DNA of 64,000 nucleotides from Lysobacterales bacterium (GTDB lineage Bacteria; Pseudomonadota; Gammaproteobacteria; Xanthomonadales; SZUA-5): NCBI GenBank assembly GCA_022844165.1, contig JALHMH010000002.1, positions 192,001 to 256,000 of the forward strand, read 5' to 3'. Shown piece by piece: positions 59,671 to 64,000 of this stretch (position 1 is its first letter; each line of letters starts with the position of its first letter). The notes under the pieces were generated by a model. It saw only the letters and a program-made list of their open reading frames with translations, ran no database searches and was not told where the DNA came from. The position numbers and the translations under genes were made by a program.

Positions 59671-60852
59671 TCAGAGATTGGCCAGGCTCAGCACGAGCGC
59701 ACCTAGAATAGTAAAGGTAATCAGAAACAGATACGCAGCGCTGACGATGCTAAACGCGAACATCGCGCCCCACCAGGTTTGGCGATAAACACGCTTCTGC
59801 GTCAGAAATAAATTCAGCGGGATCCACGCTGACGTCAGCCCGACAATCCAATTCGGAATCCACTCCCAGGCTGGCCCAACCCACTCGGAGATGTAGTTGA
59901 ACCCGATGATGACCAGGATCGCCATATAGATGAAGGTATGGCTGTGGATCGCCACCATCAAATGTTCCATATACAACCGACGTTTGAAGATCAGCACGAC
60001 TTTGAGCAGCAAAGCAAACAACGGCAGCAGTACGAACAACGACTGAGGCAATACACGCAGGAATGCGGCGCCCAGACGTTTGGGATCCTCGCGCGCCAGT
60101 TCGACGTTGTCTCGCAATAGACCGATGAAGAGATTGATGCGGTCATTGACGATCGTCGGCAACGACTCGAAAACTAACGGATTGTCGACCGGATGCCATG
60201 GATCGGGGCCGCCGAACTTGAACTCGATGGGCTTTCGTTCTTTGGCTGGCTTCTGATCTGGCGCTCCGGCAGGCGTCGGCTTCTGGCTTGAATCAGCGGT
60301 GGCGGCGGGCACCGTATCGACTTTGGTAGGCTGCTCGCCGGGCTTGGCGGCAGGCGTCGGCGTTTGCGAATCCGCAGCGGGCGCTGAATCGGTGGTCGTA
60401 TTGACCGCGGCGTCTGCAGGCGCATCCGCACCGACGTCCCTCGGTTCGGAGCCCGCCGTTACCGGACCAAACTTAATATCGCCGTCTTCCGACACTTTCA
60501 TGTCGAGTTCGGCCATGGAGCTGATCACGATGAACAGGATGGCGCTGGTGATGAGGTAAATTCGCAGTGGCCGAACGAAGCTCATGCGTTTTCCGGCCAG
60601 ATACCCTTGCGTTAATCGACCGGGCCGGACGAACAGATCGCGCAGCGTGCGCCAAAGGCGCGCATCGACATCGAACAAATAGTCGAGAGCGTCGCTGCCG
60701 AGTGAGATCACATCGCGGATCGGCGTTTTCTCCGGCTGTCCGCAGACGTGGCAAAACGGACCCTGCAGCGGCGCATCACAATTGGCGCAGGTCTTGTCGA
60801 GCCACGCAATAGCTTTGCGCTGACGCCTCGTCAGTGGCCGGCTCTCGCTCAT
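59671..60852 (-). CDS. DUF3667 membrane protein
   Basis: CANC...FCHVCGQ zinc ribbon, RPGRLT..YLAGKR..FVRPLRIYL, a Pro/Ala linker and TM segments. Confidence 0.87.
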   Translation of the reverse strand: MSESRPLTRRQRKAIAWLDKTCANCDAPLQGPFCHVCGQPEKTPIRDVISLGSDALDYLFDVDARLWRTLRDLFVRPGRLTQGYLAGKRMSFVRPLRIYLITSAILFIVISSMAELDMKVSEDGDIKFGPVTAGSEPRDVGADAPADAAVNTTTDSAPAADSQTPTPAAKPGEQPTKVDTVPAATADSSQKPTPAGAPDQKPAKERKPIEFKFGGPDPWHPVDNPLVFESLPTIVNDRINLFIGLLRDNVELAREDPKRLGAAFLRVLPQSLFVLLPLFALLLKVVLIFKRRLYMEHLMVAIHSHTFIYMAILVIIGFNYISEWVGPAWEWIPNWIVGLTSAWIPLNLFLTQKRVYRQTWWGAMFAFSIVSAAYLFLITFTILGALVLSLANL

Positions 60853-61829
60853 GGGCGCAACAAACGCTGCTGGCGCATCCAGTGGATGGTATCGCCCAAC
60901 AAACGGTCGAGCGGCGTGGTTTGCAGCCCTAGTTCGGTCTGCGCTTTGCGGCAATCGCAGCGCATATGGTGGCAAACAAAGGCAACAGCTTCAGGCGTGA
61001 TGTCCGGTTCTTTGCCGGTCATCCGACTGAGCATATCCAGGGCTCGCGCATATCCGCGCAGCAAGGGCGCTGGCACGGCGCGCGACGGTACCGATTTGCC
61101 CAGAACCTTGCCAATTCGCTGGACCAGATCGAGGAACGTGGTTTCTTCGCCTCCGAGCAAAAAGCTCTCGCCGCTGCGCGCGCGCTCGGCCGCCATGACC
61201 TGCGCTTTGGCCACTTCGCGCACATCGACGAACGCGCCGCTGCCGGGCGGCACGCCGGGCAACTTTCCCTGGTCCACCAGCAAGATCAGCCGACCCCAGC
61301 TTTGCGTATCGCCTGGCCCCAGGATGTGGGTCGGGTTAACGATGACCACGTCGAGGCCGCGGGCCAGACCCTCGCGCGCCCTGGCCTCGCCGAGCGCCTT
61401 GCTGCGCGAGTAGTTGACCCAAGAGTCCAATCCCAGGTGCGGCGAGCGCTCGCTGATGTAATCGTCGGTAAAACCAAACACGGCGACGCTGCTGGTATGA
61501 ACCAGTCGTTTGACCTTGCTCGCCAACGCGGCTGCGACCACATTCTCGGTCCCACCGACGTTGATCGCTGTCTGCTGCGCAAACTTCGGTTTCCAGGATG
61601 CCGTGCTTGCCGCCACGTGAAAAACCCAGTCGACGCCCCGCGTTGCGTGTTCCAACGACGCCCGATCGAGCACATCGCCCTGTACTGTCTCGATGTCTAA
61701 CTCGTTGATGGCGGCCAGCGTTGATGGCGAGCGATACAGCGCGCGAACGCTGTGGCCGCGGTCGAGCAGCTCACGTACGAGGTGCCCACCCAAGAAGCCG
61801 GTGGCGCCGGTAACCAGTGCAAGAGCCAT
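60849..61829 (-). CDS. NAD-dependent epimerase/dihydroflavonol reductase-like SDR
   Basis: VTGATGFLG, HTSSVA, YSRSK and NPTHILGPGD. Confidence 0.9.
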   Translation of the reverse strand: MALALVTGATGFLGGHLVRELLDRGHSVRALYRSPSTLAAINELDIETVQGDVLDRASLEHATRGVDWVFHVAASTASWKPKFAQQTAINVGGTENVVAAALASKVKRLVHTSSVAVFGFTDDYISERSPHLGLDSWVNYSRSKALGEARAREGLARGLDVVIVNPTHILGPGDTQSWGRLILLVDQGKLPGVPPGSGAFVDVREVAKAQVMAAERARSGESFLLGGEETTFLDLVQRIGKVLGKSVPSRAVPAPLLRGYARALDMLSRMTGKEPDITPEAVAFVCHHMRCDCRKAQTELGLQTTPLDRLLGDTIHWMRQQRLLRP

Positions 61830-61895
61830 ACAAGTTCCCCAGGGACCAGAACGGGCAGATATTGAATAGTGAATCGCGACTCGGAAAGCAAATGT

Positions 61896-62252
61896 CTGGC
61901 GAGGCTTCGTCTCGGACCGCCGAGCATTGTTGGCTTCGTTCGACAGCGTACTTGCCACAATCCTGCGCGCTTCGGGCATTTCCGGCCCAGCGGCGCAGTC
62001 GCTGGGCGTTCGACTCGACACACGCCTGCGGCGTGTCAGCGCCGAGTCTTAGCCCTATAACTTAGCGAGGCTTCGCCTCAGACCGCCGAGCATTGCTGGC
62101 TTCGTCCGACAGCGTACTCGCCACAACCGCGCGCTCCGCGCGCCCCCTTGACTCAATGGGGCTTCTAAAGCCAAAGCCGATCCGACGAAAACTTGACTCA
62201 AATGAGAAGATCCGGCTCCGTCAAGGACTTTGGCGAAGTTTCGCCTCAGACC
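61896..62252 (-). repeat. Dispersed repeat, tandem of a partial copy (61896-62055), a short copy (62061-62229) and a terminal stub (62231-62252)
   Basis: GCGAGGCTTCG(C/T)CTC(A/G)GACC occurs three times (one diverged). CCGTCAAGGACT at 62218-62229. Confidence 0.9.
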
Positions 62253-62339
62253 TTAACTCGGGACCGAATCCACAGCGCGATCAACTCGCACTGCTTCCGG
62301 CGCACCACACCAGCCCGGCTGCACCAGGAACAGGCCACG

Positions 62340-62367
62340 GAACTTTCCCAGCTGAAGCCTGGTCTAT
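62340..62367 (+). promoter_or_regulatory. Sigma-E type autoregulatory promoter
   Basis: GAACTT-N17-TCTAT upstream of rpoE matches the RpoE/AlgU -35/-10 pattern. Confidence 0.75.
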
Positions 62368-62467
62368 GTGCGCAAACCAGCCAGCAGGACTTTCCATGGG
62401 GATCGTGACAGCATTGCGGGTGATACCGCGGACGCAGCCGGCGCCGCAACAACGATCGGGAGGGGCG

Positions 62468-63046
62468 GTGGAGGAGGCGGCAATCGATGCAGCGTTGGTC
62501 GAGCGCGTGCAGGCCGGCGAGCGACTGGCGTTCGACCTGTTGGTTCGCAAATATCAGCATCGCATCGTGGCGCTGATTCAGCGTTTCGTGCCCGATTGGC
62601 ACGAGGCACAGGATGTAGCGCAAGAAGCCTTCATCAAGGCCTATCGGGCGCTACCGAACTTCCGCGGCGACAGTGCGTTTTACACATGGATGTACAAGAT
62701 CGCCGTGAATTGCGCGAAGAACTTTTTGGTGTCGCAATCGCGCCGACCACCTTCCGACGATGTGCTGATGGATGACGCCGAACGTGTCGATAGCAATTCG
62801 CGGATGAGTGAGGCGGCGACACCGGACAACGAGTACCTGCGCCAGGAAGTGGAACGCACTGTCTTGGCGGCCGTGGACGAACTGCCTGAGGATATTCGTC
62901 AGGCGCTCACGCTTCGCGAAATCGATGGCCTGAGTTACGAGGAAATTGCCGAGGTCATGAACTGCCCGATCGGCACGGTGCGTTCGCGGATTTTTCGCGG
63001 CCGCGATGCAGTCGATAAACGCCTCCGACCGCTGCTGCACGGTTGA
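62468..63046 (+). CDS. rpoE: RNA polymerase sigma factor RpoE
   Basis: AFDLLVRKYQ, FRGDSAFYTW and CPIGTVRSRIFR. GTG start after GGGAGG, alternative ATG at 62396. Confidence 0.96.
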   Translation: MEEAAIDAALVERVQAGERLAFDLLVRKYQHRIVALIQRFVPDWHEAQDVAQEAFIKAYRALPNFRGDSAFYTWMYKIAVNCAKNFLVSQSRRPPSDDVLMDDAERVDSNSRMSEAATPDNEYLRQEVERTVLAAVDELPEDIRQALTLREIDGLSYEEIAEVMNCPIGTVRSRIFRGRDAVDKRLRPLLHG

Positions 63047-63101
63047 ATGAGTCGCCCGTTTTGAATCAAATTCATACAACCCATCTTAAGTACCAAATAC
63101 T

Positions 63102-63704
63102 ATGAACGATTCCATCCAAGAACAGTTGTCGGCGCTCATGGACGGCGAGTTGTCGCGTGACGAACGTGGCTTCCTGATGCGGCGGTTGGAACACGATGCA
63201 GATCTCCGTTCGGCTTGGACGCGGATGCATCTGATGCGCGACGTGCTGAGCCGCAAACAGAGTTCGGCGCCGAACGACCTGGCGGATCGCGTCATGCAGG
63301 CTTTGGCGCAAGAAGAGCGTAAGTTCTCGAGCGCGCCACGTTCGCGGCGCTGGCGACCATTCGCCGGCGCAGCGCTGGCGGCATCGATCGCTCTCGTGGC
63401 AGTGCTGAGCATTCGCACTGACGTACCGTCAGCAGCACCGACTGTGGCTTCGCAACCGGCAACACGTGGCGCGCTGCCAGAGGGTGTTCCCGGGCCGATC
63501 ATTCCCGACGCTCGCATGTTGTCGGCTGGCGTGCAGCCCGTATCTGCATCGTCGTCGGTGGTGTTGCGTCCTGCGCCAGGTTTGACGCCGAACGATGTCT
63601 TGTTGTTGCAACACGGCCAGTTATCGAACTCAGCCTGGACGGTTGGCGTCGATCATGTCTATGAGATTCCTGCTCGGTCGGCCGTTTACGAGCCCACGCG
63701 TTGA
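63102..63704 (+). CDS. rseA: Anti-sigma-E factor RseA/MucA
   Basis: EQLSALMDGEL, W..MHLMRDVL and a single TM segment. Follows rpoE. Confidence 0.93.
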   Translation: MNDSIQEQLSALMDGELSRDERGFLMRRLEHDADLRSAWTRMHLMRDVLSRKQSSAPNDLADRVMQALAQEERKFSSAPRSRRWRPFAGAALAASIALVAVLSIRTDVPSAAPTVASQPATRGALPEGVPGPIIPDARMLSAGVQPVSASSSVVLRPAPGLTPNDVLLLQHGQLSNSAWTVGVDHVYEIPARSAVYEPTR

Positions 63705-64000
63705 GAACGCTACTCGCACTCGTTGCGCTCGCAACCGCCGGGCCGCTTGCGGCCAATGATTGGGCGCAGTGGTTCGCGCGGGCAGAGCGGGCGCAACGCT
63801 CGCTCAACTTCGATGGCGTTCTGGTCGTCGATACCGAGGATGATCTGCGCGCATTCGATGTCCGCCAACGTGTGACACAAAACGGCATCGAGCAGAGCCT
63901 GACGGCGCTCGACGGCGATGGTCGGCGTCTGGTACGCGGCCCGCAAGGCGTCTCGGTGCTCATGGGGCAAGGCGACCAACGTCTCGCGGTTGCGCCGTTG
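63701..64000 (+). CDS. rseB: RseB/MucB, partial (runs off the window)
   Basis: TTG start overlaps the rseA stop. Signal peptide, then AQRSLNFDGVLV...EQSLTALDGDGRRLVR. Confidence 0.8.
   Translation, partial: MRTLLALVALATAGPLAANDWAQWFARAERAQRSLNFDGVLVVDTEDDLRAFDVRQRVTQNGIEQSLTALDGDGRRLVRGPQGVSVLMGQGDQRLAVAPL

Noticed and set aside
60240-60440. Short internal duplication in the DUF3667 protein
   Set aside because: It is an ordinary Pro/Ala-rich disordered linker.

Overview
GC-rich gammaproteobacterial chromosome segment. Gene content suggests Xanthomonadales or a relative; this is an inference. It carries many core genes (phhA, sua5/tsaC, hslO, typA, kdsB, dusA, dtd, cysB-like, dnaE, topA, pgeF, rluD, bamD, lolA, sbp-cysTWA, miaA, dnaB, psd, rpoE-rseA-rseB), many of them detached from their usual neighbours. 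No rRNA, tRNA, CRISPR array, transposase or integrase was seen. Five items stand out. (1) A dispersed, modular, hairpin-rich intergenic repeat of up to ~245 bp has about 10 copies or fragments. It has fixed non-inverted ends, tandem arrays and a 48-bp ends-only derivative, and it donates start or stop codons to neighbouring genes. (2) An ECF sigma factor and Ser/Thr kinase pair is followed by two Cys-rich secreted proteins, one with a defensin-like 10-Cys core, and is divergent from a Cys-rich TonB-dependent receptor. (3) DnaB contains a 138-aa mini-intein. (4) There are KdsB/LMW-phosphatase and LuxR/VOC fusions. (5) A CCUCCC-loop sRNA candidate lies downstream of a phasin gene. Start codons were chosen by eye and some are uncertain.
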